Virus record (IMG/VR): IMGVR_UViG_3300032069_000005
Span: 22,232-86,231 of that record
Length of the DNA stretch: 64,000 nt
Source: a virus
Strand: one strand, 5' to 3'
The notes beneath the pieces were generated by a model. That model was given only the letters and a program-made list of their open reading frames with translations, searched no databases and was not told the DNA's origin. Positions 37,297 to 47,736 of this stretch are shown piece by piece (within the stretch, counting starts at the first letter, position 1; the number at the start of each line of letters is the position of its first letter). The position numbers and the translations under genes are program-made.

Positions 37297-37872
37297 TTAA
37301 CTTAATTCTTGATTATTATGTTCCCAACCAGTATCTTTCCATACTTTTGTCAAGATTGGGATTGAATCTAAATTAGAAACTACCCATAAATTTCCATCAT
37401 TGTCAATATCTATTTTTTGTGCATTACTTACATCTGCCAAATCTATGGTCTCAATAAATGCTCTTGTTGATTTATTATATTTACATATTTTGGTATTTTC
37501 TCCAGTTCCCTCAGTTCCAGAAATTAAAAAATATACATAAGTAGTATCTTCAACTAAATCAATTGCTTCTTCGGTTATTCCCATCTCTTTAGTAAAATAA
37601 GTTATACTTGATGGATTAGATTTATTTACTTTTGCTCCTATATAAACAGAATGGTCTAATGCCAAATAAAGATAAGTAGTATCATCGACCATATAATTTA
37701 TTGCATCGGCTATAATGTCAACATCCCAGTAGCGAAAATTAACATTAAAAACACTACTTTTATAAAGTGAGCATACAGAATCTTCGCCAAAGAAAGCGAG
37801 CCAAATAAACTCGCCATTCACTAATTGGGCGGTAACTGCCTGTTTTCCTGCGAATGTATATTTATTTTTCAT
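37297..37872 (-). CDS. putative tail protein (beta-propeller-like)
   Basis: Repeated beta blades (DDTTYLY, EDTTYVY, DNDGNLW). Confidence 0.5.
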   Translation of the reverse strand: MKNKYTFAGKQAVTAQLVNGEFIWLAFFGEDSVCSLYKSSVFNVNFRYWDVDIIADAINYMVDDTTYLYLALDHSVYIGAKVNKSNPSSITYFTKEMGITEEAIDLVEDTTYVYFLISGTEGTGENTKICKYNKSTRAFIETIDLADVSNAQKIDIDNDGNLWVVSNLDSIPILTKVWKDTGWEHNNQELS

Positions 37873-37873
37873 T

Positions 37874-38497
37874 TTACGTATATTTTATTGCCATTACTGG
37901 AACTTCGGCAAAGCCATATGGAAAATTCGCTGGAAGAGTAATTCGCAAATTAAAATAAAGGTCTTTCGCTGCTTCCAATGAACCCTCTCCCCCACCATTG
38001 TTTAACCATAGAAAATGCCCTGGAGAACTGCCCGCTAATCTACTTCCTACCCAGGGATAGCCTGGCAGACCATCTGTAGTGACTATTCCTCTAAAAAAAC
38101 TATTATTCGCCACTCCCTGACCTAAAGCATAACTCGCCACACTATCCAAACCACTGTCATCCCATAATTCTAATGCGGGTTCAGAAAAAGTCTCAGCATC
38201 AAATGAAGCACAAAAGACATATCTTTTATTCTGATGTCCTGCCAAATGTATTTCTCTTAAAATCCCCTCAGAAGCATCTGCTAAAAATAAATGAGCATAT
38301 TCAACATCACTTCCAATAATTAAAGGTGCAGCAGAGCCGAGTTCGTGTGGAGATGGAATTAGTTCTCCATCCTTTACTATATCCGAACCTGCGGAAAAAA
38401 TTAATCGGTCATTCGTTAGATTAATTTCTACATAATCCGCCCCAGTCTCTCCCCTTGCAACATCATCTGTTCCAACATTTACATATAATTTAAGCAT
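37874..38497 (-). CDS. putative tail protein
   Basis: Position after the distal-tail-like gene; SD present. Confidence 0.5.
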   Translation of the reverse strand: MLKLYVNVGTDDVARGETGADYVEINLTNDRLIFSAGSDIVKDGELIPSPHELGSAAPLIIGSDVEYAHLFLADASEGILREIHLAGHQNKRYVFCASFDAETFSEPALELWDDSGLDSVASYALGQGVANNSFFRGIVTTDGLPGYPWVGSRLAGSSPGHFLWLNNGGGEGSLEAAKDLYFNLRITLPANFPYGFAEVPVMAIKYT

Positions 38498-38499
38498 TT

Positions 38500-39237
38500 T
38501 TATTTTTCTCCTTTAAGAAACTTTTTGCCTTTTGATAAATTCTCTTCAGCCCATAAGGGCTGGAGATTAGTATAATGAAAACACTTGCGTTGTTCACTTA
38601 GTTTTCGTAAATCAAATGAAGCACAAGGTCTTATGTGGTCTATATGCCACTCTTTCATTCCTCTACCATTCCAACCACTGCCATAGTTAGACCAACTCAT
38701 TCCTGGTTTAAATTGAGATTCTAAATGAATTTTAAGTTGTTTAACAGAACATCCTATCAATTTAATAGTAGATTCCAACTTAGAATTTCGTTTCAACACC
38801 GCTCTCAATCTATTGGATAAATATAATCTAATTTTAAAAAGTATGTCTTTTTTTAGTTTCAACATTAATTTTTTGTGTATTGTTGTTTTATTTTTTAATC
38901 TATATAATATACTATATTTTATAAGTTTTTCTCTATTTTTATAATAATATTTATGCCGATATTTTTTAATGTCTTTATTTATTGGATTGTGCCTTCCTTT
39001 ATTCCAAGCATAATGTGTTTTAAAATAATTAAAAATTGCTTTGCTCAAATCTCGTCTGTATTTTTTGGATTTGCTTCTATCTTTCATTGTTCCATATTTT
39101 CTTTTAATTAATTTAGTCCTCCCGTCTTTATAATTTCCATTATTTTCTGGTATTCTAACCCATTGGCAATAACATTTCCAACATCTTTTATTTGGATAAT
39201 ATATTTCTTTTCCACAGTCAAGACAATGATTTTTCAT
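38500..39237 (-). CDS. HNH endonuclease
   Basis: WHIDHIRPC...FHYTNLQPLWAEENLSKG; N-terminal CLDCGK...RCWKC. Confidence 0.85.
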   Translation of the reverse strand: MKNHCLDCGKEIYYPNKRCWKCYCQWVRIPENNGNYKDGRTKLIKRKYGTMKDRSKSKKYRRDLSKAIFNYFKTHYAWNKGRHNPINKDIKKYRHKYYYKNREKLIKYSILYRLKNKTTIHKKLMLKLKKDILFKIRLYLSNRLRAVLKRNSKLESTIKLIGCSVKQLKIHLESQFKPGMSWSNYGSGWNGRGMKEWHIDHIRPCASFDLRKLSEQRKCFHYTNLQPLWAEENLSKGKKFLKGEK

Positions 39238-39244
39238 TTTTTAA

Positions 39245-39658
39245 TTACCAAGAATTCACCCGCATAATACAGGTATACTCAATTTGGTCTACTCGTAAAT
39301 TATCTTCTGGATACTCAATTGGAGATATTCTTTTACATTTATAAGAATATTCGGGAACTCCAGTTTCATCTGATTCAATTTTTAAATAATAAGGTGTATT
39401 AAGAACTATTGATGATTCCATTGTATCTATTAAAGCCATTAAAGAACCATAGGTTTCATTCCCAGAACCAAGAACACCTTTAAGAGTTAAATCCCAAACT
39501 TCTTCCCCGCCTCCAATTATAATCGAACCCTTAGAACGAACATTTTCGTGTTCGATAAATTTCTTTCCACTATGAGGATAATTAGCAGAAAAAACCACTG
39601 GAAAAGTATATACTGGAGTAGTTCCATCACTTGCATATAAAGTGAATATAATTGACAT
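39245..39658 (-). CDS. distal tail (Dit)-like protein
   Basis: Immediately after the tape measure; GGAGG SD. Confidence 0.5.
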   Translation of the reverse strand: MSIIFTLYASDGTTPVYTFPVVFSANYPHSGKKFIEHENVRSKGSIIIGGGEEVWDLTLKGVLGSGNETYGSLMALIDTMESSIVLNTPYYLKIESDETGVPEYSYKCKRISPIEYPEDNLRVDQIEYTCIMRVNSW

Positions 39659-39673
39659 TATTTATTCCTCCGA

Positions 39674-42466
39674 TTACCAATCGTCTATTTTACCATAAAT
39701 ATTTAAACTCATTTTTGACTTTACATTGTCTAATTCTTTATTTATGGCATCTTTGACTTTTTGAGTTATTTTTTCCGAATCTATATTAACATTTATAGTC
39801 ATTGGTTCAACTAAAACTGATTGTAATACTTCGAGATTTCGTATTTTCTTTCTCTCTCTTTCAACTTCTTCTGGAAATACAAACCCAGGTGCTTTTTGAG
39901 CAAAGAATTTTTCTGCTGTGGCCTCTTCAAATGTCCCACCACTAAATTTCTTCAATGCTTTCATTGCAGAAGTAGAAAGTTGGGGAGCGGTTAATTCTCC
40001 TCCAAGATACCTCGATATTTCGTTGGCAACTGCACTGCCATATTTTTGATAAATTTTAAATAATTCAACTATATGAGAAGATTTCTTTTCTTGTTCATCA
40101 ATTTCTTTCGTAATTCCCGCAGCCAATTTAAGTCTATCTTCAAAACTATTTTTTAAATATTCTTCTCCTTGTATTAACGCCTTTGTCTTCATTTCTTGAT
40201 ATATAATAAGATATGATTCCTGACCAAGATAATCAAGAACAGAATTTTGTAATTTTAATCTTTCTTCAATATCTTTATTTATCGCACCCACTCTTTCTTC
40301 TTCTAATTCCTGCTTTTTAATTGCCCTTTCGTGAATATTATTAAATTCATATAAACTATCCATCATTTGAATTTCTAAATCCAATAATTGTTCATTAGTA
40401 TATAGCCCACTTGCTTTTGCACGATTTAATTTTTCTGTTGCCGATATTTTATCTTTTTCATAATCGAGTAATTTTGTTGACCCATCTAATTCCTTTTCTA
40501 AATCAGATATAGTTTTCGGTGTTTTTTCTACTTCATATTTGCTCATTCGTTCATCTATTAATTTATTTTGTTTTTCTTCTAATTTTATGAGTGCCTCTTT
40601 GGCTGATTTTAATTCTGCCAATTTCGCTGGGGCACGAAATAATGTCAATCCAACCTTTATGGGTGATAGTGTATTGGATGTTAATTCGTTTGTTATTTTT
40701 TTTATTTGTGCCTCAAGAACTTCTTTATCAGTCTTAATTTCTAAATCTACTTCTTGCTTTATACTAAATTTAGCAATATCATCTATTAACAATTCCAATT
40801 TCTGCACTGCATCATCAGTATCTATATTTATGGCAGATGGTATTGAACTATTTTTTCTTATTCTATCGATTGAAGAATTTATCTTTTCGAGTATTTTAGT
40901 ATTTATATCTGATGCGGGTCTATTTAAATATTCATTTCTTAATTCTATTAATTCTTTCAAACTATTAATTTGTGCGATTTGAGAATCAGTTCCTTTTTGC
41001 ACTTCGGCTCGGTATTTTGCTCCTTCGGCTTTTATCGATTGTGTTGTATTCAATAATCTTGTCCATCCGCCAATTAATTCTGCTAATACATCTAAAGAAA
41101 CTTTAAATCCTTCAGTATCTGCTACAGCAGTTGTTAAACTATTCCAAGAAGCCGATAACCTATCTATTTTAATTTTAGTAGTTTCTTGTATAATGCCAAA
41201 TGCTTGTTCTGCTGCACCCGCCGAATCTAATGCAATAATGCGTGCATTTAATGAAGCATTATAATTCTGCATCAACGCCATAAAAATAGTAAGTTGTCGT
41301 TTAGATGCTACGCTTGCTGCTATAGACATTTTCTCTGTATTAGCCAATCCATTCCATTTAGAAGCTAAGTCATCCAAAACTGAAGTAGCACTCCTATATG
41401 TATTTGTTAATGCAAAGGTCGCCTTGTTTTGTTTGTCTAAATAAATAGGTATTTTTGCTATCTGGGTTATTGTTTTTGCTCCGGTAGTTAATAATCTTGC
41501 ATAAATAAACTGCAATCCCCGTGCTGCTTCTGAACCGCTTTTACGAGTTACTTCTACGACAGCAGCAACATCTCCAAGAAAAGCATTAATAGTAATTCCT
41601 AACTGATTGGCGGTAGCTCCAGCAGCTTTGGTTGCGTCGGCTAAATCTTTTGAAGTAACTGCAAAATTTTTAGCCACACTAATCCATTTATCTATGATAG
41701 ATATACTATTTGCTACTGGTATATTAAAACTTTCTACACCAGCAGTTAAATCATCTACAGTAGTTTTCATATCCGAACCCAAAATCTGAGAAGCCTTCAT
41801 TGCTATCGTCGTCAAGGCGATAACTTCACTTACCGTTTTCCCTTGTTGAGCAAAAATTACAGCAGCATCTAACGCCACAGAAGCAACAGAACCATAAGCC
41901 ACAGAAAGAGCAACTAAAGAAGTTTGTAACCTATCATATTCTTCGACAGTTCCTTTACCCACTATCTTTATTTTTGCCATTGCGGTTTCTAAATCTATTA
42001 GAAATTTAACTTGTTCTCTTAGTAATTGGCCTACTGATTGAAGAATAAATCTAAAAGCCATCCATACTGGTGCAACTATCATAACTCTTCTCAATGCCTT
42101 TTCAAAATCCCCCATTTCTTTTACTGGAATCATTCCTTTCGCATCAAGAGATTTCATCAATCCATTTATCTGAGGTTGGGTTGCCCCCACTTTTATTAAT
42201 GACTGATTAAGCAAATTCATCTGGTCGGCGGTTAATTTTATATTTCCAGCGTCTACCTCAGAAAAAATACTCCTAATCTGACCTGGACTGAAATTAAGCC
42301 CCTGCATTGATTCAGCTAATTTTTCATATCTCGCAGATACTTCGGGTGCATTTTTTCCTGCTTTAGTTACTGCTTTATCAATGCCTTCGAGTTGAGCACG
42401 AACATTTCCTTCTTCTTTGTATTTAGATGCTATATCAATTAAAAAATTAAAGTGTCCTTCTTTCAT
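39674..42466 (-). CDS. tail tape measure protein (TP901-like core)
   Basis: 930 aa, Ala-rich helical; LETAMAKI, NFAVTSKDLADA, SGSEAARGLQFIYARL. Confidence 0.9.
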   Translation of the reverse strand: MKEGHFNFLIDIASKYKEEGNVRAQLEGIDKAVTKAGKNAPEVSARYEKLAESMQGLNFSPGQIRSIFSEVDAGNIKLTADQMNLLNQSLIKVGATQPQINGLMKSLDAKGMIPVKEMGDFEKALRRVMIVAPVWMAFRFILQSVGQLLREQVKFLIDLETAMAKIKIVGKGTVEEYDRLQTSLVALSVAYGSVASVALDAAVIFAQQGKTVSEVIALTTIAMKASQILGSDMKTTVDDLTAGVESFNIPVANSISIIDKWISVAKNFAVTSKDLADATKAAGATANQLGITINAFLGDVAAVVEVTRKSGSEAARGLQFIYARLLTTGAKTITQIAKIPIYLDKQNKATFALTNTYRSATSVLDDLASKWNGLANTEKMSIAASVASKRQLTIFMALMQNYNASLNARIIALDSAGAAEQAFGIIQETTKIKIDRLSASWNSLTTAVADTEGFKVSLDVLAELIGGWTRLLNTTQSIKAEGAKYRAEVQKGTDSQIAQINSLKELIELRNEYLNRPASDINTKILEKINSSIDRIRKNSSIPSAINIDTDDAVQKLELLIDDIAKFSIKQEVDLEIKTDKEVLEAQIKKITNELTSNTLSPIKVGLTLFRAPAKLAELKSAKEALIKLEEKQNKLIDERMSKYEVEKTPKTISDLEKELDGSTKLLDYEKDKISATEKLNRAKASGLYTNEQLLDLEIQMMDSLYEFNNIHERAIKKQELEEERVGAINKDIEERLKLQNSVLDYLGQESYLIIYQEMKTKALIQGEEYLKNSFEDRLKLAAGITKEIDEQEKKSSHIVELFKIYQKYGSAVANEISRYLGGELTAPQLSTSAMKALKKFSGGTFEEATAEKFFAQKAPGFVFPEEVERERKKIRNLEVLQSVLVEPMTINVNIDSEKITQKVKDAINKELDNVKSKMSLNIYGKIDDW

Positions 42467-42797
42467 TTTTCTTTTTCCTTTTATGGAATACTACGTGCAA
42501 TTCTTTTTGTGTTTCTGGTTTATCTTTTTCTTCTTTTGCATCATCGTGTTTTTTCCATTCCATATAAGCATCTTCATATATCTCGTCTTTTAATACAATA
42601 TCTTTTATTTTGTTTAAATGAATATCAGTATAGATATTATGATAAAAATAAAGATATGATAAATAAATCTGCTGCAATAAAGATAAATCGACATCATTGT
42701 GAAATAATTTAATACTCGAAATCTCTTTTACCGTAGAAAAAAGATTTTGATTTCTTATTGATTTAGCTATTTTTCTTAATATAGTTGATTCATTCAT
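42447..42797 (-). CDS. putative tail assembly chaperone
   Basis: Position directly upstream of the tape measure. Confidence 0.45.
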   Translation of the reverse strand: MNESTILRKIAKSIRNQNLFSTVKEISSIKLFHNDVDLSLLQQIYLSYLYFYHNIYTDIHLNKIKDIVLKDEIYEDAYMEWKKHDDAKEEKDKPETQKELHVVFHKRKKKNERRTL

Positions 42798-43441
42798 TTT
42801 ATCTGAACCAGTGAATTTAAATGAGTTGCTTTAATGAGTAAAACATCATCATCAAATTTTCTAAACTCTTCAAGTGTAGCAAATACTCTCGTCCATTCAT
42901 CATTTACTTTTTTTTCTAACGCCAACCAAACCTTTAATTCCATTTCATATGCTTCGAGTATTTTCTCTAATGAATGTGCCAATAGGTTTTCTTTTTGCCT
43001 TTTAATTTCGTCGATTGCTTCATTTATTTCTTCAATTTGTTTTCTATATTCCACAAGACCAGATTCTTCAACTTTTTTTGAAATCGCTTCGCCCAACTTC
43101 AACTGAATTGATAATCCTTCTCCAATTAATTTTCTAATCTGCTTATCAATATCTTCTATATCAATACCTCGAACTTCTTTGTATATTTTTATTAACTCAG
43201 ATTCTTTTTTTATTTCTTTATCTTCGAGTAAACTATTGTATTTTTTTACCAAAAACATATATAAAGTATCTTTATCTTCCCGATTTAATAACCTAACTCG
43301 ATATTCAATGTCTCCATATTTAAAAGAAATATAATTATTTTTTATCATTTCTTCTAAATTAGAAATTTCGGCGTTTTCTTTAATAATATCGATAATTTTT
43401 CTCGCATCGTCCTTACTAATCAATTCTTTTTCCATTTTCAC
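42794..43441 (-). CDS. putative tail assembly chaperone
   Basis: Helical protein between the tail tube and tape measure genes. Confidence 0.45.
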   Translation of the reverse strand: MKMEKELISKDDARKIIDIIKENAEISNLEEMIKNNYISFKYGDIEYRVRLLNREDKDTLYMFLVKKYNSLLEDKEIKKESELIKIYKEVRGIDIEDIDKQIRKLIGEGLSIQLKLGEAISKKVEESGLVEYRKQIEEINEAIDEIKRQKENLLAHSLEKILEAYEMELKVWLALEKKVNDEWTRVFATLEEFRKFDDDVLLIKATHLNSLVQIK

Positions 43442-43677
43442 TCCTTATTTTTTTGACGAAATTTAACATATAAAGAATCTTCGTCCATACATATATTTAA
43501 AATTTGGTCTCGTAAATCTCTCGTCCATTCGTGAAGAACTTCTTTGACATTAGATTTTATAGAAGAAATGTCTCCAGAGCAATCGAACCTTTTCATTACT
43601 TTACCCACAATCTTATCCGATTCTTTGCTTAAGATAGTTTTTAAAAGTCCCAAATCGATGTTGGTATTTTTTTCCAT
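43438..43677 (-). CDS. hypothetical protein
   Basis: GGAG SD, 79 aa. Confidence 0.5.
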   Translation of the reverse strand: MEKNTNIDLGLLKTILSKESDKIVGKVMKRFDCSGDISSIKSNVKEVLHEWTRDLRDQILNICMDEDSLYVKFRQKNKE

Positions 43678-43816
43678 TTTTACTCCAGTATAATTTTTTC
43701 CCAGAATTCCAATTCATTTCCTATTTCAGCAATAATATATAATTTATCATTTTCTTGCCAGAAATCCCATATATATATTGTAACAAAAGGTTCTTGTGCC
43801 ATTTTAATATTTTAGC

Positions 43817-43850
43817 AAAAAAGCCAATCTTATAAGGTATAGGATTGGCT
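43817..43850 (-). terminator. intrinsic terminator after the tail tube gene
   Basis: 13-bp stem AGCCAATCCTATA/TATAAGATTGGCT (one mismatch) followed by a U-tract on the - strand. Confidence 0.7.
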
Positions 43851-43904
43851 CTGCGAGTTTAATTAAATATTTTACCCTACCTTACGTATTAATAGTTAAT
43901 CTTT

Positions 43905-43939
43905 TGGGAGGAGTGTCAGGCAAACCTGAGCAACTCCTC
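43905..43939 (-). other. intergenic hairpin followed by CCA
   Basis: GAGGAGT...ACTCCTC-CCA on the - strand. Confidence 0.6.
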
Positions 43940-43953
43940 TTTTTAACTATTAC

Positions 43954-45168
43954 TTAAAATACTGTTTCTTCTAATGAAACTGAGAAACTTGAACCTATTA
44001 ATGAATTATTTGCTGACTGATAATCTTCAACTGCCTGTGAATCAGATAAAGCTGATGGAGCTAAACCAACCATCTTATATTCCATCATAAAAGTAGTCTT
44101 GGTATTATCAGTGTATATTTTTACAATTATAGTTACATCATCAGAAAGTTCACTGGTGTCAATATATTTGGGATTGGATTCTCCAGATAATACTTCTTCG
44201 ATAGTAAAATCTTCCAAAATTCTCCCAAGAGTAACAGTAACTGTTTTTTCGCTAACTCCAGTCTGAACTACATTTTTATTTCCTAATTCTTTATAATCCT
44301 TTCTTGTAAAAGCAATATCAATGCCTATACTCTGTAACTTAAATAACTGAGCACCAGTTCCACTACCAATTTGTGCATAGATAGTAATCTGGTCAGCATA
44401 ATAAGCATCTGCGTCATCTTCATTATCTTCCCAGAGGTCAGTATATGCACTGGCAGAAACATAATAAACTTTAATTAAATCAGATGCCAAACATCCAGTT
44501 ACTGTTAATTCCTGAGTTCCATCATTATAGCTATATGAAGATGATGTTAATTCAGTTACAACACCCGCCCTGACTCTTAAAACCATTAACATATATGTAG
44601 CTGTCTTATATTCTATTGGTGTTGGGGGTTCGCTTGTTCCACCAAAAGAAATTACTTCTGATGCCCCTGAAGCAACTTGTTCCGCATAAGCAACATAATA
44701 ACCAGGAAGAATACAATATTTTTCTCCAATTAAATCAAAATTTCTTTCTATAGCAGAATCGGGGTCTCCTATATTAATAGTAATTTTATTAACTCTCATA
44801 TTGGGATACCAAACAGAACCAATAAAAGTTCCTGTATCATCAGTATAATCGTGGCTAAGATTGAAACGAGTAGATTTCAAATCATCTAAATCAATTTCAG
44901 TAGACTCTCCGGTTGATGGGTCTACCAGATTAGCCAAATCTCTAAAAAATGCCATTGCACCATTCTCATATTGTCTTAATGAATAGGCATTTGCTGGATT
45001 TCCTTTTCTCGTTCCTAATTGTCCGACACGACCAATTTCAAATAATTTGGTAGTGTTAAGAGTTAAATCTTTCCCAATATCAATTGCCCTGTCGATTTGT
45101 TCAGGTTGCCTTGCTGAATTCCAGGGATAAATCCTTGCGTGATTTGAATCAGCGTGTAACATTCCCAT
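43954..45168 (-). CDS. probable major tail tube protein
   Basis: 404 aa, acidic and beta-rich; AGGAGG SD; after neck genes and before chaperones/tape measure; followed by a terminator. Confidence 0.65.
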   Translation of the reverse strand: MGMLHADSNHARIYPWNSARQPEQIDRAIDIGKDLTLNTTKLFEIGRVGQLGTRKGNPANAYSLRQYENGAMAFFRDLANLVDPSTGESTEIDLDDLKSTRFNLSHDYTDDTGTFIGSVWYPNMRVNKITINIGDPDSAIERNFDLIGEKYCILPGYYVAYAEQVASGASEVISFGGTSEPPTPIEYKTATYMLMVLRVRAGVVTELTSSSYSYNDGTQELTVTGCLASDLIKVYYVSASAYTDLWEDNEDDADAYYADQITIYAQIGSGTGAQLFKLQSIGIDIAFTRKDYKELGNKNVVQTGVSEKTVTVTLGRILEDFTIEEVLSGESNPKYIDTSELSDDVTIIVKIYTDNTKTTFMMEYKMVGLAPSALSDSQAVEDYQSANNSLIGSSFSVSLEETVF

Positions 45169-45335
45169 TTTTAAATCCTCCTATCTTTCAATTTGTTGTT
45201 ATGATATTTATGTCCTCTATGACTGTCAATTTTGGGTTAATTTCTTCTCCATAAGAAATCAATTGACTATCATAACAAAATCATACGAATATTAAATTGC
45301 TTGTATATCTATCAAGCGACCATACGAGTTATCTT

Positions 45336-45551
45336 TTATCCATGATTGGCTTTGCATTTTCCTTGTATTTCACCAATCTCTGCTGCATTTTCATATAATT
45401 TTTTTTCAATACATTTAATGGAATCTTTTATTTCTTTAACCGCAGTTTCCAAATGATGTAAATCATTGAATTTTATTACACAGAAAATCGCAGCATTAAA
45501 TCCAGTAAGTAATAAAGTTATTCCAATTCCAATTAAGCCAGTGGTTTCCAT
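45336..45551 (-). CDS. small TM plus coiled-coil protein (possible holin-like)
   Basis: One TM helix then a coiled coil. Confidence 0.4.
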   Translation of the reverse strand: METTGLIGIGITLLLTGFNAAIFCVIKFNDLHHLETAVKEIKDSIKCIEKKLYENAAEIGEIQGKCKANHG

Positions 45552-45562
45552 AATATTTCCCC

Positions 45563-46048
45563 TTAACTTGATAACGCTACTTTTACTTCTGCCCGAATCA
45601 GATGCCGATATTTATCCGCTAAATTTTGAGTTTCTATATTGACCAATTCTTTTCGGTTAGCAGTTATTTTTGTGGTCTTTATTCTTCCTTTTAAATCTTT
45701 AGCACTAATAATTCCCTCGCTAACTTCGTATTCATAATAAGGCAATCCTAATTTAATTTTTTCTGCTAAATAATCTGCTAAAAATAGGCGAAATCCATCG
45801 TCTTTACAAAATAAGCGAACTTCTATTATAAATTCTTTTTTATCAACAGTAGAACCAATTTCCCTGGAATTCATTGGTCGTTCTGAAAGATTAGCAACTA
45901 CACAAGGAAGCGTTCCTATATAAGCATCTGAAAATGATTTTTCTAAACGAACATCAGTTATTTCATCCTCAGAAAAAAGGTCAGAAAAATAATCTAAAAA
46001 ACTTCTTTCCACATTACGACTAATAGTATTATTTATGGATAATGGCAT
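45563..46048 (-). CDS. tail terminator-like protein
   Basis: Size, position and LPCVV motif. Confidence 0.5.
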   Translation of the reverse strand: MPLSINNTISRNVERSFLDYFSDLFSEDEITDVRLEKSFSDAYIGTLPCVVANLSERPMNSREIGSTVDKKEFIIEVRLFCKDDGFRLFLADYLAEKIKLGLPYYEYEVSEGIISAKDLKGRIKTTKITANRKELVNIETQNLADKYRHLIRAEVKVALSS

Positions 46049-46059
46049 TTCTTATTCCT

Positions 46060-46599
46060 TTATTTTGCATTATTTTCCAAATTTTTACTAAATTTATCAA
46101 TTTCTTTTTCAATATGTTTAGTTAGTGCGTCATATCCTTTATCAACAAAATTCAAAGGCGAAATTACTTTATGCGGTGTCATAAGAAAAAATCCAGAACC
46201 TTTTCCAGTATGATGCCACTTTTCCCCAGAACCATCTGCTTCTGGGGCACGAAAATTATCCCCAAAATAACCTATATTGGGTTGTGTTATTTCACATCCC
46301 TGGTCAAAATAATACCAGTAATGTTCTCCTTTAAAAGATTTTGGAAATCCATCTACCAAACCAATTCCAATATCAACTCCACCAGTAGAATTAAGAACCA
46401 TTACATTAATAGCATTAGCCAGTTTATCAAGTTTATATCCAGCACCTTTTATTATTTCTTGCATTATTTCAGCAGTAGCATCGGCTGATATTTTTATTTG
46501 ATTTTGTAATTCTGGATAAATACTCGCTTTAACTTCTCGATACCATTGAGCTGGATTTTTTCCAGATTTTGTTATAGTAACTGAAAATATTTTAGACAT
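46060..46599 (-). CDS. neck/tail completion protein
   Basis: Position; YWYYFDQG...PLNFVDKG resembles the HK97 gp10-like pattern. Confidence 0.5.
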   Translation of the reverse strand: MSKIFSVTITKSGKNPAQWYREVKASIYPELQNQIKISADATAEIMQEIIKGAGYKLDKLANAINVMVLNSTGGVDIGIGLVDGFPKSFKGEHYWYYFDQGCEITQPNIGYFGDNFRAPEADGSGEKWHHTGKGSGFFLMTPHKVISPLNFVDKGYDALTKHIEKEIDKFSKNLENNAK

Positions 46600-46972
46600 T
46601 TTTCCTAATTAATATACAAATTAAATAAGATTCTCTTTTTTGTATTGAAAATCCTTTTTGGTCGTCCCAAATTGTTTGATATTCTATATCATCTATAACA
46701 ATTTTCTTAGCCGATTTAAGTGTTTCATAAAATCGCAATTCGGCGAGTATCATCAAAGAATCAAGTGGAATCCTACCATAATACTGCCATTTTATCATTT
46801 CTGGTGAAGCCTGACGAATATAAGCATCTATGGGAATCGGATTTCCGAATAGATTTTCTTTTGTATGCTCAGTTGGGTCGTTCTCCACAGATTGTGCAGG
46901 ATATACTAAAATTTTCTGCAATTTTCTCTCATCACGAAGAATTTGGAATATATTAAATCTATTATCTACCAT
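46592..46972 (-). CDS. head closure-like protein
   Basis: Position and size. Confidence 0.45.
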   Translation of the reverse strand: MVDNRFNIFQILRDERKLQKILVYPAQSVENDPTEHTKENLFGNPIPIDAYIRQASPEMIKWQYYGRIPLDSLMILAELRFYETLKSAKKIVIDDIEYQTIWDDQKGFSIQKRESYLICILIRKNV

Positions 46973-47133
46973 CTTTTTGCCCTTTTCGCTAATCTTTTTT
47001 TATCACTCGGTTTTGTGTAGTATCTACGAGCACGAATCTCCTCCAGCACTCCTGATTTTTTTACATCATTCGTAAATCGTTTAAGCATCGCTTCAAATAT
47101 TGGGTCAAATGTAGTATCAATTTTATTTTCCAT
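46966..47133 (-). CDS. rpsU: ribosomal protein bS21 homolog (55 aa, not in the ORF track)
   Basis: MENKIDTTFDPIFEAMLKRFTNDVKKSGVLEEIRARRYYTKPSDKKRLAKRAKRW* fits the bS21 pattern F.....RF...V.K.G.L.E.R.R.YY.KPS. Confidence 0.85.
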   Translation of the reverse strand: MENKIDTTFDPIFEAMLKRFTNDVKKSGVLEEIRARRYYTKPSDKKRLAKRAKRW

Positions 47134-47736
47134 TTAATCCTCTTCGGCTGCACTTTCTGATAAATCAATATAATCTAATCTTCCATAACAAGGAGAGAAA
47201 TTATCCACCAATTTTTGTATTTTATCTTCGATTGATAAATTATCTCCAAATACGATGGTAAATTCCGGTGTCCTATAAGATTTTATTGTTCCTTTTGCTA
47301 AGATACCAGCAACTATTACTATCAAATTTTCTTGAACTTCTTCTGGAGTTGGAGATATTTCTTCTCCAGTTCCTAAAGTAAATGTTTCATAGTTAAATAT
47401 TGATAAATAATATAAGGCATTTTTAATATAAGATTCCAATTCACTATCAGAATATTTCTCATAACAACTATAATAAAATCCTAAAGTATCAGTTCCAGAT
47501 ATTAATTCTTCCCCAGTAGTTTCGTGAACTGTTAATTTTCCAGTAATAGAACTATAAGAATAATTATCAGAATCCCATTCCACGCCATTTTTTTCAACAA
47601 TTAATGTGGCTTCCGAAATATTTGCATCTTCAAGAATAAATGTTCTACTTCCTAAAAATGAACGAGTATAGAAGCGTGGTTTTAGATTGTCCTGTAAAAG
47701 ATTCCTTAACTTTGCGATTAGGTCATTGGGGGTCAT
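47134..47736 (-). CDS. head-tail adaptor-like protein
   Basis: Start MTPNDLIAKLRNLLQD; YSDSELESYI motif; follows the capsid region. Confidence 0.55.
   Translation of the reverse strand: MTPNDLIAKLRNLLQDNLKPRFYTRSFLGSRTFILEDANISEATLIVEKNGVEWDSDNYSYSSITGKLTVHETTGEELISGTDTLGFYYSCYEKYSDSELESYIKNALYYLSIFNYETFTLGTGEEISPTPEEVQENLIVIVAGILAKGTIKSYRTPEFTIVFGDNLSIEDKIQKLVDNFSPCYGRLDYIDLSESAAEED

Noticed and set aside
42780-42810. Programmed -1 frameshift between the tail chaperone genes
   Set aside because: No X XXY YYZ slippery heptamer at the junction; a plain ATGA overlap explains it.
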